Positions 1-9,659 of a DNA stretch of 53,957 nt are shown here, piece by piece. Position numbers and translations under genes: made by a program. A model generated the notes under the pieces. It ran no database searches and had not been told where the DNA came from. It saw only the letters and a list, made by a program, of their open reading frames with translations. Numbering within the stretch: position 1 is the stretch's first letter; each line of letters starts with the position of its first letter. The DNA is from a virus (taxonomy: Duplodnaviria; Caudoviricetes): IMG/VR virus record IMGVR_UViG_3300028388_005701, positions 1 to 53,957 of that record. One strand, written 5' to 3'.

Positions 1-1
1 C

Positions 2-154
2 ATATGTGGTAGTATGCGGAGTGCCAGTGACATAATGGATAGAATCAACGATAAAACTGATTTTCCGATATCTGGTAAAATAATCATGCAGACCAAAACG
101 AATAGAGTTGCCGTGAATGGTATATTAGTTAAAAGGGTTCACAATCAAAGATGA
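2..154 (+). CDS. partial hypothetical protein (5' end outside window)
   Basis: Frame open from the window edge to TGA 152-154, which overlaps the next ATG (ATGA coupling). Confidence 0.5.
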   Translation: MCGSMRSASDIMDRINDKTDFPISGKIIMQTKTNRVAVNGILVKRVHNQR

Positions 155-450
155 TAATCATGACTAATCGTACAACAAAAATGGACTGGGATATGTTGGT
201 GGGTATAATCTTATTAACACTGATATTATTGGTGGCTATGAGTTGCAATGACGATAAGACGAAATGCACCTGTACAATATACTACCAAAACTATTCAGCT
301 AATCAGTACAGTGAAGTTATTTATACAGGCAAAACCATTAAGTGGTGTGATCGTAGGGGTAAAGAGTTTACGTTTCTCTATGAGCATCTGAATGATACTG
401 CTGGTGTTGATAATGTACACTGGTTGATTTCTGACTGTAAAACTAAATAA
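151..450 (+). CDS. putative lipoprotein, Cys-rich small family
   Basis: Hydrophobic signal ending in AMS-C then NDDK; CxC...C...C pattern shared with 452..784 and 15262..15531. Confidence 0.65.
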   Translation: MIIMTNRTTKMDWDMLVGIILLTLILLVAMSCNDDKTKCTCTIYYQNYSANQYSEVIYTGKTIKWCDRRGKEFTFLYEHLNDTAGVDNVHWLISDCKTK

Positions 451-451
451 T

Positions 452-784
452 ATGGCAAAGAAAAAAACACGTAAGAGCAAAACCAAGAAGAAGAAATCAA
501 CCCCCGCACAAAGAAAAATAGGCTTTTTCTTCTTTTTCTCTCTATTTATAGTCCTGGCTATACTGTATGACATAGCCTACCCTGATGTTGAAGTGTTACC
601 AAGGAAGGTGGTAAGATGTGAATGTCACATATATGATAAATATCCGGAGGAAGGAAACGCGAGGTGGGTATACGAAGGCATAACCGAAGAGGAGTGTAGA
701 ATGAAAGAAGTGGAACTATTTAATACTAAAGGAGTAAAAGAGGATGGTGACTATTGGGGCAGTGAAATCAAAAATTGTAGATAG
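452..784 (+). CDS. membrane-anchored Cys-rich protein, paralog of 151..450
   Basis: Basic N-terminus, one TM helix, then CECHIY...VYEGIT..EC...NC matching CTCTIY...IYTGKT..WC...DC. Confidence 0.65.
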   Translation: MAKKKTRKSKTKKKKSTPAQRKIGFFFFFSLFIVLAILYDIAYPDVEVLPRKVVRCECHIYDKYPEEGNARWVYEGITEEECRMKEVELFNTKGVKEDGDYWGSEIKNCR

Positions 785-806
785 AAATGGAAAAGCTGGT
801 GTGAAC

Positions 807-1241
807 ATGATAAAACAATTCAGGGGTAAATACAGATGGCTAAGCAACTTTGAACCAGTGGAGATAGAACTGGGCGGTATTACCTATCCATCAGTAGAGC
901 ACGCCTATATGTCCGCAAAAAATGATAGTGAAGAGTGGAAGATGTACTGCAGTGATGATAGTAATAGTGCTGGAAAGGTAAAGGTAAAGAGTAGAGAAGT
1001 AGACCTCATAGATGGATGGCACAATAAAAAGTTAGCCATTATGGAGATATGCTTACGTCAGAAATTCGTCCAGGAGCCATATAGGACAAAGCTTTTGTCC
1101 ACTGATGATATCTATATACAGGAGGGTAATTTCCATAATGATAAATTTTGGGGTGTATGCCTCAAAACAGATGAAGGACTCAATAACCTCGGTAAGTTGA
1201 TAATGAAAATAAGAGGTGAAATCAACATGGAGTTGTTTTAA
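807..1241 (+). CDS. NADAR family protein (YbiA / T4 gp30.3-like)
   Basis: FRGKYRWLSNF, YPSVEHAYMSAK, KF.Q, EGN..HDKFWG, GLNNLGKLIMKIR motifs; likely start ATG 807. Confidence 0.9.
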   Translation: MIKQFRGKYRWLSNFEPVEIELGGITYPSVEHAYMSAKNDSEEWKMYCSDDSNSAGKVKVKSREVDLIDGWHNKKLAIMEICLRQKFVQEPYRTKLLSTDDIYIQEGNFHNDKFWGVCLKTDEGLNNLGKLIMKIRGEINMELF

Positions 1242-1307
1242 TGTCCAATCGCCATACCCCTGGTATTTCCGAGATCGGTCTCCAATTTTTCATATCAATA
1301 CTACCAC

Positions 1308-1832
1308 TCACAATACTTCATTTTTGCAAGCATTACAGATCCACTTACCACCTGTCCAGCTGACATCTTTAGTATATTTTTCGCCAACCAGTGTTGCGAT
1401 ATTGAGACACGGCTGGCAATTACCACATTCGTACCAGGGTTCATCAGTAACAAACTCCATTACAGTATCGGCATCCATAGAATCCCTGGCATCAGTTTCA
1501 TAATTAGGGTCGAATACATCCTGTGTACGCAATACCATCTTTTTTTGCTGTGGGGTTATACCTAAGGCTGTCCAATCGACAAAAGGCTCTGCAGCTGGCT
1601 CTACCCTAAAGAGTTTACCCTGGCGTCTGTTCGTTTCAGAGTATACCTCTATGAGACCTTTTCTATCAATAGACGAAATATAGCCAGCGATAGAATATGG
1701 GTTGTACCCCTCACCAGCTTTTTTTATAATACCTCTAGTACGGCCATGAACACCATCGTTAGTATTGAGCATTTCTAATACTGCTAACTCCAGCACCCAG
1801 GATTCCATTTCATTCAACTTTATTTTATCCAT
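1308..1832 (-). CDS. hypothetical protein with a possible winged-helix N-terminus and C-terminal Cys cluster
   Basis: 174 aa ORF; CGNCQPC and CNAC motifs. Confidence 0.6.
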   Translation of the reverse strand: MDKIKLNEMESWVLELAVLEMLNTNDGVHGRTRGIIKKAGEGYNPYSIAGYISSIDRKGLIEVYSETNRRQGKLFRVEPAAEPFVDWTALGITPQQKKMVLRTQDVFDPNYETDARDSMDADTVMEFVTDEPWYECGNCQPCLNIATLVGEKYTKDVSWTGGKWICNACKNEVL

Positions 1833-2368
1833 AGTTTTTTATTTTATTATACACACTAATTAGACTACTAATAGGAACATCTAACCAATCACCTAGGTTA
1901 TCAAAGTAGATATCTTTATCTGATGACTTGTGGTATGTAGCAAAAAGATGGTCCTGCGGAGTGGGTATAATAAGATTATTTTTGATAGCATGCCAACTCT
2001 CAACAAACAAACACTCGATTAAACCCGTGACTGCACAATTATATCGCCATAGTCTAGCTTATCATCCATCAGATGAATAGTAAGTATCATTCAGCCAACT
2101 CCACAGGTTAGGGTCACTGCCACGGTTATAGGGCAGGTATGAAATATGGAGATTGATAATGCGATCACCCCTGACTTTATCAGACATAGCATCAATAATA
2201 TCAGGTGTGATGATATGCCTATAGCCATACGATATAATGAAATCGGGATCCAAATCCATAACATAGTCGATTGCTATGGGATCACTGGTGAACAATAACT
2301 TGTTCACCAATATTGCGGAGATAGTTAACAATAGCTGAGTCAGCATACCCCAAAAATAAAATTTTCAT
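1825..2368 (-). pseudogene. formyltransferase family (Fmt / sugar N-formyltransferase-like), disrupted
   Basis: Pieces in different frames: MKILFLGY (ATG 2368), DFIISYGYRHII..IINLHISYLPYNRGSDPNLWSW, TIHLMDDKLDYGDIIVQ, LFVESW; three frame breaks. Confidence 0.85.
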
Positions 2369-2374
2369 AGTGGT

Positions 2375-3273
2375 CTATTTTAGTACATTATCGATATTAC
2401 CAGACACATTACCTGCTTCCCATTGTTCCCTAAGATCTTCACAATGACCGACAACCTTGATGGTTCTGTAACTAGATAAGGCATCAAAATCTCCATAGAC
2501 ATTAGATCCCCAAGTCTGGTAGTCATCATCCCATACGACACAGTGATAAGATCCATCTATGGTTTCAGTAGGGTCGTCGCCGTACCCATCGGCAATAATG
2601 ATATCACCTTCTCTGATCTGAGTATCACTGTCATCAGTCCAGGATGTCAACTGGTATTGATCTTTCACTGCATCAGGACCATCGATAGCTGCTAATAGCC
2701 GTTTGACTTTATTAATATCCTTCTCTGTATGAGGGGTACCCCCAGTGTTTAATTCCAGATACCAGTTCAAAACCTCCTTATGAGTCTTAAGGTTATTAAT
2801 ATTGAACTGGATAGTAACATCGGCCATCCTGGGATCACCGAGATCAGATGCTACATACCCATCAAATACAGGTACCTTATCATCGAGATATTCAAGCATA
2901 GTGGTTATGCGTTGGAGACCATCAACAATTACAAAATCCTGGTAGGCATCGGGATTGATTTTATTGAATGCCATCCAAAATGGATAATTGAGAAATACGG
3001 GTGTGGTGTGGCCACCCATTAACAAAAATTCCATAAATTTGGTTTTCTGCTCAATAGTCCACACTCTACCGTCCACACTCTACCCCTCTGAAAATCTGGG
3101 CATAATTTAAGACCATAGTCAACGATGTATTTGTTGATATGGTCTTTCAGATAGTCCATCGGGACATCTACTTGGTAGCTGCCCCGACGAGTTAATTTTG
3201 GTAAGTCCTTGTATGTCATTGATGGGTTATTTTTTGCTAAATTCGTATAGGTTTCACATTTATAATCAGTCAA
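2375..3273 (-). pseudogene. DUF262 (GmrSD N-terminal / ParB-like) domain fused to a YopX-like C-terminal domain, frameshifted
   Basis: PDFQRGRVWT and IVDGLQRITT motifs; QLT..D...IREGDII...VVW...IKVVG tail; removing the 14 bp duplication at 3057-3084 joins ORFs 3019..3273 and 2375..3076. Confidence 0.8.
3057..3084. repeat. perfect 14 bp tandem duplication (GTCCACACTCTACC x2)
   Basis: Read directly from the sequence. Confidence 0.95.
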
Positions 3274-3472
3274 AGTTATATCCAGTGAGATTTTCGATCA
3301 TGATCTTCTCGTTGTCTGTGAACTGACCGATAGACCTGTTGTAATCAGTATCGGGTATGGTCTCATTGTCCATATCAACTTCAAGATCAATAATACCCAC
3401 ACCTTTTTCTTCCAATGTCATACAGTTATCCTTCAATGAAATCAGTTTAAAATTCTTGGCTTTGATCTTCAT
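3266..3472 (-). CDS. hypothetical protein
   Basis: 68 aa ORF overlapping the next gene, preceded by a GAAAC-type promoter motif. Confidence 0.6.
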   Translation of the reverse strand: MKIKAKNFKLISLKDNCMTLEEKGVGIIDLEVDMDNETIPDTDYNRSIGQFTDNEKIMIENLTGYNFD

Positions 3473-3483
3473 GATTTTATTTT

Positions 3484-3511
3484 ATTTATACTGTGTATAT
3501 AAATTAGTTTC
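3484..3511 (-). promoter_or_regulatory. candidate phage promoter GAAAC-N18-TAAAT
   Basis: Same motif and spacing recur upstream of several transcription units. Confidence 0.5.
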
Positions 3512-3523
3512 ATACTTGACGAA

Positions 3524-3566
3524 AGCATTGGTGGTGGATACCAATTCAGGCCCACCACCAAAATGC
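3524..3566 (-). terminator. putative hairpin terminator after the lipoprotein gene
   Basis: TTGGTGGTGG...CCACCACCAA inverted repeat just past the stop codon; short U tract. Confidence 0.45.
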
Positions 3567-3567
3567 A

Positions 3568-4383
3568 TTAGTCGTCTTCCTCCTGTATCGGAGCGTGACC
3601 CCAAGCACAAGGTAAACTAGTAATAGGTTCGCCGAAGCCTAGGGGCTTAACAGTACCATCGGTAAAATACACAATTACAGCACCCTGTATTATGGTATTA
3701 TAGAATGCATCTGCTATCTGTTCATCAACACTGGGGTTGGGATGAAAGAATACGTTAGCCGGATTAATAGATCCAGTTACATAGTCATCACCAACACCGT
3801 CGATAGGTATAGCACTACACATAGCACCAGCAGTAATGCCATTATAGGCGGTCATAAAATTAATCTGCTGGTGGGTTACATTAAGATTGGTAAAGGTAAA
3901 GCTACTTTTACCAAGACCCCAGATGGGTGTAAATCCTGGATGACCGCTGTAACCTGTGTGTGACCAACTGTTGCAATTACCATAATCAGTAATAGGCCAT
4001 CCTGGCATGTTATACCATGCATCACCAGATTTGTGGAACGAAAACGTACCGCTAAATACGACTCTATCGATAGTTTTGCTACCGTTATACTTATCGGCCT
4101 TAATGGTAACGTAAGTAGGTGTACCGGATGATGATGGTAAGGGTCCGCACCATAAAAGTTGGAAAAATTGGGAATCAAAATCGCCAGATGCCTTACTAAT
4201 GTTTCTATCCCAACAGGATTTTTCGTTAGCGTATTTCACCTTTCTTGGGTGATTTTTGGCTAACCAGTTCTCCACCTGCTGCATTTGTTCAGGAGTGTAC
4301 TTCCTAGTATCCGGCGTTGATAGTTCATCGCTGTTACAGGAAAAGAAGAACAACAATAAAATTAAAAAAGGTAGATGCTTCAT
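3568..4383 (-). CDS. putative lipoprotein
   Basis: MKHLPFLILLLFFFS-C-NSDE lipobox; segment similar to 15573..16337. Confidence 0.75.
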   Translation of the reverse strand: MKHLPFLILLLFFFSCNSDELSTPDTRKYTPEQMQQVENWLAKNHPRKVKYANEKSCWDRNISKASGDFDSQFFQLLWCGPLPSSSGTPTYVTIKADKYNGSKTIDRVVFSGTFSFHKSGDAWYNMPGWPITDYGNCNSWSHTGYSGHPGFTPIWGLGKSSFTFTNLNVTHQQINFMTAYNGITAGAMCSAIPIDGVGDDYVTGSINPANVFFHPNPSVDEQIADAFYNTIIQGAVIVYFTDGTVKPLGFGEPITSLPCAWGHAPIQEEDD

Positions 4384-4560
4384 AAAAACTATTTAAAATG
4401 ATTAATAAAAACAATATGTATCAGATTGATTACATACTGTTTTTATCCCTCAACTGGTATTACCGTGAAACCATTAAAGGTCAGGATGTACCAGTATCGC
4501 CACCTAATAAAGCGGTATAGTAGAGTCCATCCCGAGTATTTCTATGAATTGTGTATTTGA

Positions 4561-5028
4561 TCATATGTATTCCCATGGGCCACCTTTTGATTCATCAATC
4601 TCTTGATTTTTAATGCTCTTAAGTTCATTGGTGCAGGCCTGAAATCCATCAAGATAATCGTCACTGTTGGGTTTATCTTTACGAATCGTTAGTTGCCTAT
4701 CTAGTAACACAACAGCATCTTCAAGTGTGGCACAGGCGATATCATCAACGATTTGACTAATACAAGTATGGAAAGTATTGTGTACCCATTCACTTGTGAT
4801 AACGATGCCCATATGATAGACCAATTTGAACACATTAACGACATGAGGATCAATATGAATAAGCCTGCTATCGTCATACAAATCAATAGCTTGGTTAAAA
4901 TAAAAGACATTAAGCCCAGGTACAATTGCATCAACCTTAATATACAACTCATAGGAGCTAATCATACCTGTACCAAGAATGGTTCTTATGCATCCGAGTA
5001 CCTCGTAAACCTTACTATCGTGTATCAT
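4561..5028 (-). CDS. hypothetical protein
   Basis: 155 aa ORF with an A-rich upstream region. Confidence 0.6.
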   Translation of the reverse strand: MIHDSKVYEVLGCIRTILGTGMISSYELYIKVDAIVPGLNVFYFNQAIDLYDDSRLIHIDPHVVNVFKLVYHMGIVITSEWVHNTFHTCISQIVDDIACATLEDAVVLLDRQLTIRKDKPNSDDYLDGFQACTNELKSIKNQEIDESKGGPWEYI

Positions 5029-5166
5029 TTTTATTTGTTTTATTTGTTTTAACGTTGATGGTTTTGTATACAGATACAGACTGAGGGATCAACCATAAAG
5101 TGGAAGACCCCTCAGCTTAACACCTAAAACCCATTATTCATTTCAACTTATTTACTCATGGAAGTG

Positions 5167-5901
5167 TTATTTGGTTTCACCTACTAATACAGCCATCCAT
5201 TTATTTTTATGCTTAGGATGTTCAACCCAATACTTGGAATCACCTTTACCGATAAGATCAAAGCGTCCAAACTTGTTACGAATAGTGGGTTTGAACTGTC
5301 TGGTCTTACTGATATTACCGAAACAAGCTACATAGTCTCGTGCCTTGGACTTGAATACAATACCAAGTTCAGGGATCTCAAAGGTACGCTTACCTGATGG
5401 AGTGATGCGTTTGAAGATCTTATAACACGGGCATCCGTAAAGATCACTGAATTTGCGCTGTTGACTGGTCTGGTCTTTGTATCGTTCAACGATCATGTAG
5501 TCATCCCAAAGTACTTCATCAAAAATGTCCTGGGTACGCTTGATATGGGCCTCAAGGATGGCAACTTCGGGACCAGTCATGAAATCAAAATCATCGATGG
5601 TCAAGGCGTGAGCTGCTACTGAGTTGAATTGTGAGAAAGGTACCCATTGAGGTTGATCGGTGATAAGTGTACCAGCGTCGTTGTACTTAGTGTGTAGTAG
5701 TACGGTGTAATGGGTATGGCTGGTAGACAGATCAGTATGGTTGTTCAGGTAACTTTCACATTGGGCGATGGTATCTAATGGGTACTGATCCAACACTCCA
5801 TTTTGTTGAGCAAGAGTACGGGTAAAGCCTTTGAAGGCTCCGCTGTTTTTAAATGCAGACAATTCCCCGTTGGTATGGTGTATTTTGATGTGATAATTCA
5901 T
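5167..5901 (-). CDS. hypothetical protein
   Basis: 244 aa ORF; promoter motif upstream, hairpin (CTGAGGG...CCCTCAG near 5081-5116) downstream. Confidence 0.7.
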   Translation of the reverse strand: MNYHIKIHHTNGELSAFKNSGAFKGFTRTLAQQNGVLDQYPLDTIAQCESYLNNHTDLSTSHTHYTVLLHTKYNDAGTLITDQPQWVPFSQFNSVAAHALTIDDFDFMTGPEVAILEAHIKRTQDIFDEVLWDDYMIVERYKDQTSQQRKFSDLYGCPCYKIFKRITPSGKRTFEIPELGIVFKSKARDYVACFGNISKTRQFKPTIRNKFGRFDLIGKGDSKYWVEHPKHKNKWMAVLVGETK

Positions 5902-5968
5902 AAGGTTGTTTTATAATAAATTTAATAATATGTCTACTGAATAAGGGTGATTAGTATAACTTTACTTT

Positions 5969-5996
5969 ATGTAGATACTAATATCAAATTGGTTTC
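5969..5996 (-). promoter_or_regulatory. candidate phage promoter GAAAC-N18-TACAT
   Basis: Recurrent motif with fixed spacing. Confidence 0.45.
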
Positions 5997-6065
5997 GTAT
6001 ATCAACTGGTAGGACTGGTTATCACAGGTCTTATGGGTTGCACTGATATATAGAGAAACATTATC

Positions 6066-6413
6066 ATGGAAAAGATAAAAACATTCGAATCATTTATTGG
6101 TGAAAGAAGAAGCAGGAGTAGGGTTTGGGATAGACTAAGGATGCCTAGGATTGATAAAGAGAAGTTCAAGAGAAGTTGGGAGAAGGCTATGGATGCTATG
6201 ACAGGCCGTAAAAGAAGAGATGATGTGTTAAGTATGCTAACCAACGATGAATCAGCATATAACAAATTCAGAAGAGATCCTGACTATTACGTGCAGCAGG
6301 CTGGCGATCCTCACGAAAAGGAGGCATTAAACATGATAGACAAGTACAACGTAGGTTTTACTGATCTGATGGGTATCTATAATGACGAATCCGATTTAAG
6401 GAACATCTACTAG
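6066..6413 (+). CDS. putative internal head protein with a T4-CTS-like leader
   Basis: N-terminus MEKIKTFESFIGE resembles the T4 internal protein CTS MKTYQEFIAE; GATATATA at 6045-6052. Confidence 0.6.
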   Translation: MEKIKTFESFIGERRSRSRVWDRLRMPRIDKEKFKRSWEKAMDAMTGRKRRDDVLSMLTNDESAYNKFRRDPDYYVQQAGDPHEKEALNMIDKYNVGFTDLMGIYNDESDLRNIY

Positions 6414-6418
6414 ATAAG

Positions 6419-6532
6419 TTACACTCCCTGCACCAATTGGATTATCATTACCACAAGAAGGACACTTATTAGTACCAGGAATATTTGCATACCCAGTTGT
6501 ACCCTCCTATCGAATTTATGTTTTAATTTCAT
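6419..6532 (-). CDS. small membrane peptide (37 aa, not in ORF track)
   Basis: MKLKHKFDRRVQLGMQIFLVLISVLLVVMIIQLVQGV, one TM helix; fills the gap in a minus-strand operon. Confidence 0.45.
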   Translation of the reverse strand: MKLKHKFDRRVQLGMQIFLVLISVLLVVMIIQLVQGV

Positions 6533-6546
6533 ATGCATAAATATTA

Positions 6547-6840
6547 TCAGCTATCCATTTCATCGGCATAGCCTTTATCATCAATGGGGTCATCATCTTC
6601 AAACGCATCCAATTCACCACTGCAGTAACCACAATTACGACATATAACATTAGCGTGCTCAGAATCCCAATTGATCCAGGCGCTATTGTGTGAGGTATCA
6701 GGTGATATTTCAATGGTTTTTGGTAATTTCCTATAATACCGTAGCGGTTGCTCGGTTATCATGGAGATAATCATATTCAAGTTATCTATGCCGACAGTGT
6801 GGCAACGGGGGCATTTAGGGTATAGTGGTTTGTCTATCAT
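6547..6840 (-). CDS. zinc-ribbon protein
   Basis: CPRC and CRNC pairs; acidic tail. Confidence 0.7.
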   Translation of the reverse strand: MIDKPLYPKCPRCHTVGIDNLNMIISMITEQPLRYYRKLPKTIEISPDTSHNSAWINWDSEHANVICRNCGYCSGELDAFEDDDPIDDKGYADEMDS

Positions 6841-7100
6841 ACTGCCAAGCTTGCTTTACGTATTTCCAAATGTTTTTCTAATCTCTCATTTATCAATTCC
6901 AAATCGTGGTCGGGGCTGTCCTTTCTATACGCATCCACTATGGAGCTGATCACCTGCTTGCGATTCATGCCATCTGGGCATAATGTAGGTGTATCAGTAG
7001 TAATAACACGTTCTGATATAACCCAAATATCCAAGAAATCGGTGATATCACCACCTTTCTTGTATATCACATTGAAAAACATCACCTTTCTTTTTTTCAT
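6837..7100 (-). CDS. hypothetical protein
   Basis: ATGA-coupled ORF in operon. Confidence 0.6.
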   Translation of the reverse strand: MKKRKVMFFNVIYKKGGDITDFLDIWVISERVITTDTPTLCPDGMNRKQVISSIVDAYRKDSPDHDLELINERLEKHLEIRKASLAV

Positions 7101-7402
7101 GATTTTATGGCATCGTCCTTGTGGATACTAATATCCAGCTTAATGATGTCACACATTTCATCTAATCTTGTGATGATACTATCCATAACCTGGGTGTTAC
7201 CCTTAGTAACTTTATCATACACATTAACGAGACCCTCTATGATCTTATCATCAGGGGTATCTCCAGGCCATAGATGAGGTACAGATACTCCGTGTAGACC
7301 CTCATGTAGTTTGGATATATTAACAAATTGGCCCCTTTTATCACCCAGCTTTACTACCAGAGTCTTGGCCACCAGAGTGGTTTTTTCGTTTTCCTTTAAC
7401 AT
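7097..7402 (-). CDS. hypothetical protein
   Basis: ATGA-coupled ORF in operon. Confidence 0.6.
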   Translation of the reverse strand: MLKENEKTTLVAKTLVVKLGDKRGQFVNISKLHEGLHGVSVPHLWPGDTPDDKIIEGLVNVYDKVTKGNTQVMDSIITRLDEMCDIIKLDISIHKDDAIKS

Positions 7403-8000
7403 AATTATTTTTCTTTATTGTATAACTTATTTGGTCAGTAGGTATCAATAACAATTTTTGTTCGTGACGAGACTGAAAAAAATCGTTAATTTTGATAGTA
7501 CCGACAAGAGCTTTATCCTTATAGAGGTTTCCGGTTTCAAAGTTGATAGATATACCATCTTGCAGATGGATAGAGACCTCATTTTGAGGAACATACTTAG
7601 TGGTAATACTATTAACATAAAAACGATCAAAATAAGGCATCATGGGGTAAAAATCGTCGACAACAAGAAATTGAGTATCTTCATAGATTATAACATCCTG
7701 GTTAGGTCGATAATTAGCAAAATCGTTATTGATTATATCATTAAAGAGGATGTTGATGGTATATCTGTGAGATTCTGTGGTTGATAAACCCATAAGTTCA
7801 CAGGCAGAAATGGCAAAATCGTTGACAGATACGGTGGCACCTTCGGTATAACCAATGACTTTGTGGCCATTATAGATGAGCTGGTAAATGTGGGTGATAT
7901 CTCCGGTGTCGGTATTGACTTTCATTTCGTGGGTGGCACAATTGTGCTGATCTCCGCTGTAGGGTTCATGGTAAAAAGTGATGCCTCTTAGTGTTTCCAT
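7341..8000 (-). CDS. hypothetical protein
   Basis: 219 aa ORF downstream of a promoter motif. Confidence 0.65.
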   Translation of the reverse strand: METLRGITFYHEPYSGDQHNCATHEMKVNTDTGDITHIYQLIYNGHKVIGYTEGATVSVNDFAISACELMGLSTTESHRYTINILFNDIINNDFANYRPNQDVIIYEDTQFLVVDDFYPMMPYFDRFYVNSITTKYVPQNEVSIHLQDGISINFETGNLYKDKALVGTIKINDFFQSRHEQKLLLIPTDQISYTIKKNNYVKGKRKNHSGGQDSGSKAG

Positions 8001-8023
8001 AACGATGAATTTTATTTTGTTTT

Positions 8024-8051
8024 ATTTAGCAGGAGACTATATATAAGTTTC
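8024..8051 (-). promoter_or_regulatory. candidate phage promoter GAAAC-N18-TAAAT
   Basis: Recurrent motif with fixed spacing. Confidence 0.5.
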
Positions 8052-8073
8052 ACTATTAACAAATAAAAAAACG

Positions 8074-8466
8074 ATGAATTGGAAGATTTTAATGCTGCTG
8101 GTGGTATCGGTGGCAGCATGTTCAATAGAAAAAGTACCTACATTAGAATGCCCTGAATTAAGAAAAGCATTGGATGATCTACCAGAAAAAACTATAGTCG
8201 ATAAAGGTGATAATACAAGGGGTGCTATGAGAAGACAGATAGATAGTTATCATTCGAATTATAGACCATACACATTCGGCAAATCGGTAAAGCAGTATTA
8301 TACTGAAAGATATGAAGAATGGATAAAAGATACCAGCTGTAGTTGTGATGATGTTAGAAGGAAAGTGTTGTCGCAATTATTAAAAACAGACGTTAAGTAT
8401 TTAAGGACCAGAGACACCATCTGGAATCCCAAAACACCAGCAAAATATTGGAAAAAGAATGAATGA
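8074..8466 (+). CDS. putative lipoprotein
   Basis: MNWKILMLLVVSVAA-C lipobox. Confidence 0.65.
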   Translation: MNWKILMLLVVSVAACSIEKVPTLECPELRKALDDLPEKTIVDKGDNTRGAMRRQIDSYHSNYRPYTFGKSVKQYYTERYEEWIKDTSCSCDDVRRKVLSQLLKTDVKYLRTRDTIWNPKTPAKYWKKNE

Positions 8467-8734
8467 AATATGTTACAGCAAGATCTTGTAACATTTTAAC
8501 AGTCTTGGTGGCTTCCTGTTTGGACATCATACAATAATCATCAATTCCAGCATCTGATACATCACCATAAAACGCCGCAGCCGATATCCATTTAGGTTGG
8601 TCAGTAAAATCTTCAAAATAAGAGTTGTATATGGTATACACGTAAACGGTATAGTACTCTCTGGCTAACCCCTGAGCTTCATCAATTGCTCATGGAGACT
8701 CATTTACACTTCCAAATTTTGGTAATCTTTTCAT
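8393..8734 (-). pseudogene. leader-family gene with an in-frame TGA at codon 15
   Basis: Reads MKRLPKFGSVNESP*AIDEAQGLAREYYTVYVYTIY...; TGA at 8690-8692, in frame with ORF 8393..8641. Confidence 0.75.
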
Positions 8735-8796
8735 TATTATTGATTTTGTGAACACAATAGTGTACCCACCAGCGTTAATGATACTAACTACGTGGT

Positions 8797-9186
8797 TTAC
8801 TTTTCATAAATATTCTGGGCGACCATCACTCCGGATGATTCTGGGTCGACATAAACCTCAACCTTATATTTATCAGATTCTACTTCGAATTCAGTATATT
8901 CGTCAATATTTGGTTCACCATCACAATAAAACATCACTGAGCCAGCAAACGAACTATAACTAATTTCAGCAGAATTAACGGTAACGCCAAGCTTGCTGGC
9001 CAATTTATCCAGGTTTCTGATGAATACACTGGATTTAACCGCATCGACTAATCTAGTGATATGCAAAGCCGTAGAATAGCTATCCTCAGCTCTATCATCC
9101 TCGAATCCTATATTACGGACCCAGGATGATTCATTGATTCGTTGAGAGGATTCGTTTATTTCGTTAAATTTTGGTAATCTTTTCAT
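8797..9186 (-). CDS. leader-family protein (putative capsid-packaged)
   Basis: Likely start at MKRLPKFNEINESSQRINESS (ATG 9186). Confidence 0.8.
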   Translation of the reverse strand: MKRLPKFNEINESSQRINESSWVRNIGFEDDRAEDSYSTALHITRLVDAVKSSVFIRNLDKLASKLGVTVNSAEISYSSFAGSVMFYCDGEPNIDEYTEFEVESDKYKVEVYVDPESSGVMVAQNIYEK

Positions 9187-9263
9187 TATTGTTGATTTTG
9201 TAAATGTATTAAAAAATGATAATTTTTTAGTAAGAGCGCATAAACTGGGACCCAACGGGTATA

Positions 9264-9659
9264 TTAATAGCCACTATATCTGATCCTCATATTATCGCCA
9301 GGTAGAGCATTTGATCTGATAAAGTCAGCAGCCTTGCCAGCCAACCAGTCGAATTCTGAAGCGGTAACAAACATGTTATACTTTGTCAGTATTTTATCGA
9401 TTTTTGCTACTAGATGATAAGTTCCGCGACCAGTGGCATCTCTTCTGTTGCGATTAATTTCAACGTAACGCCTGTAAGATTTTTTAAAATCGCTTTCCAA
9501 ATCATACCACAGTTCATCATAGGTATAATTATGTAAAGGACCAGTGGCTAATTCATTATCATCAGATGACCTAACACTGGTCAATTGGTCATAAAAATAT
9601 TGGCTATGCTTTAGGGGCTGTCCAGCCCTATAGTTTTCGAATAACGGTAATCTTTTCAT
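9264..9659 (-). CDS. leader-family protein (variant leader)
   Basis: MKRLPLFENY. Confidence 0.75.
   Translation of the reverse strand: MKRLPLFENYRAGQPLKHSQYFYDQLTSVRSSDDNELATGPLHNYTYDELWYDLESDFKKSYRRYVEINRNRRDATGRGTYHLVAKIDKILTKYNMFVTASEFDWLAGKAADFIRSNALPGDNMRIRYSGY

Noticed and set aside
4440-4565. Possible frameshifted small ORF (MIKYTIHRN.../FIRWRYWYIL...)
   Set aside because: Too short and without recognisable homology to support a gene or a lesion.
8690-8692. TGA reassignment (alternative genetic code)
   Set aside because: Many genes end in TGA with ATGA coupling (e.g. 9656, 18212, 30209, 32368) and the long conserved genes have no internal stops; a single case fits a nonsense mutation.
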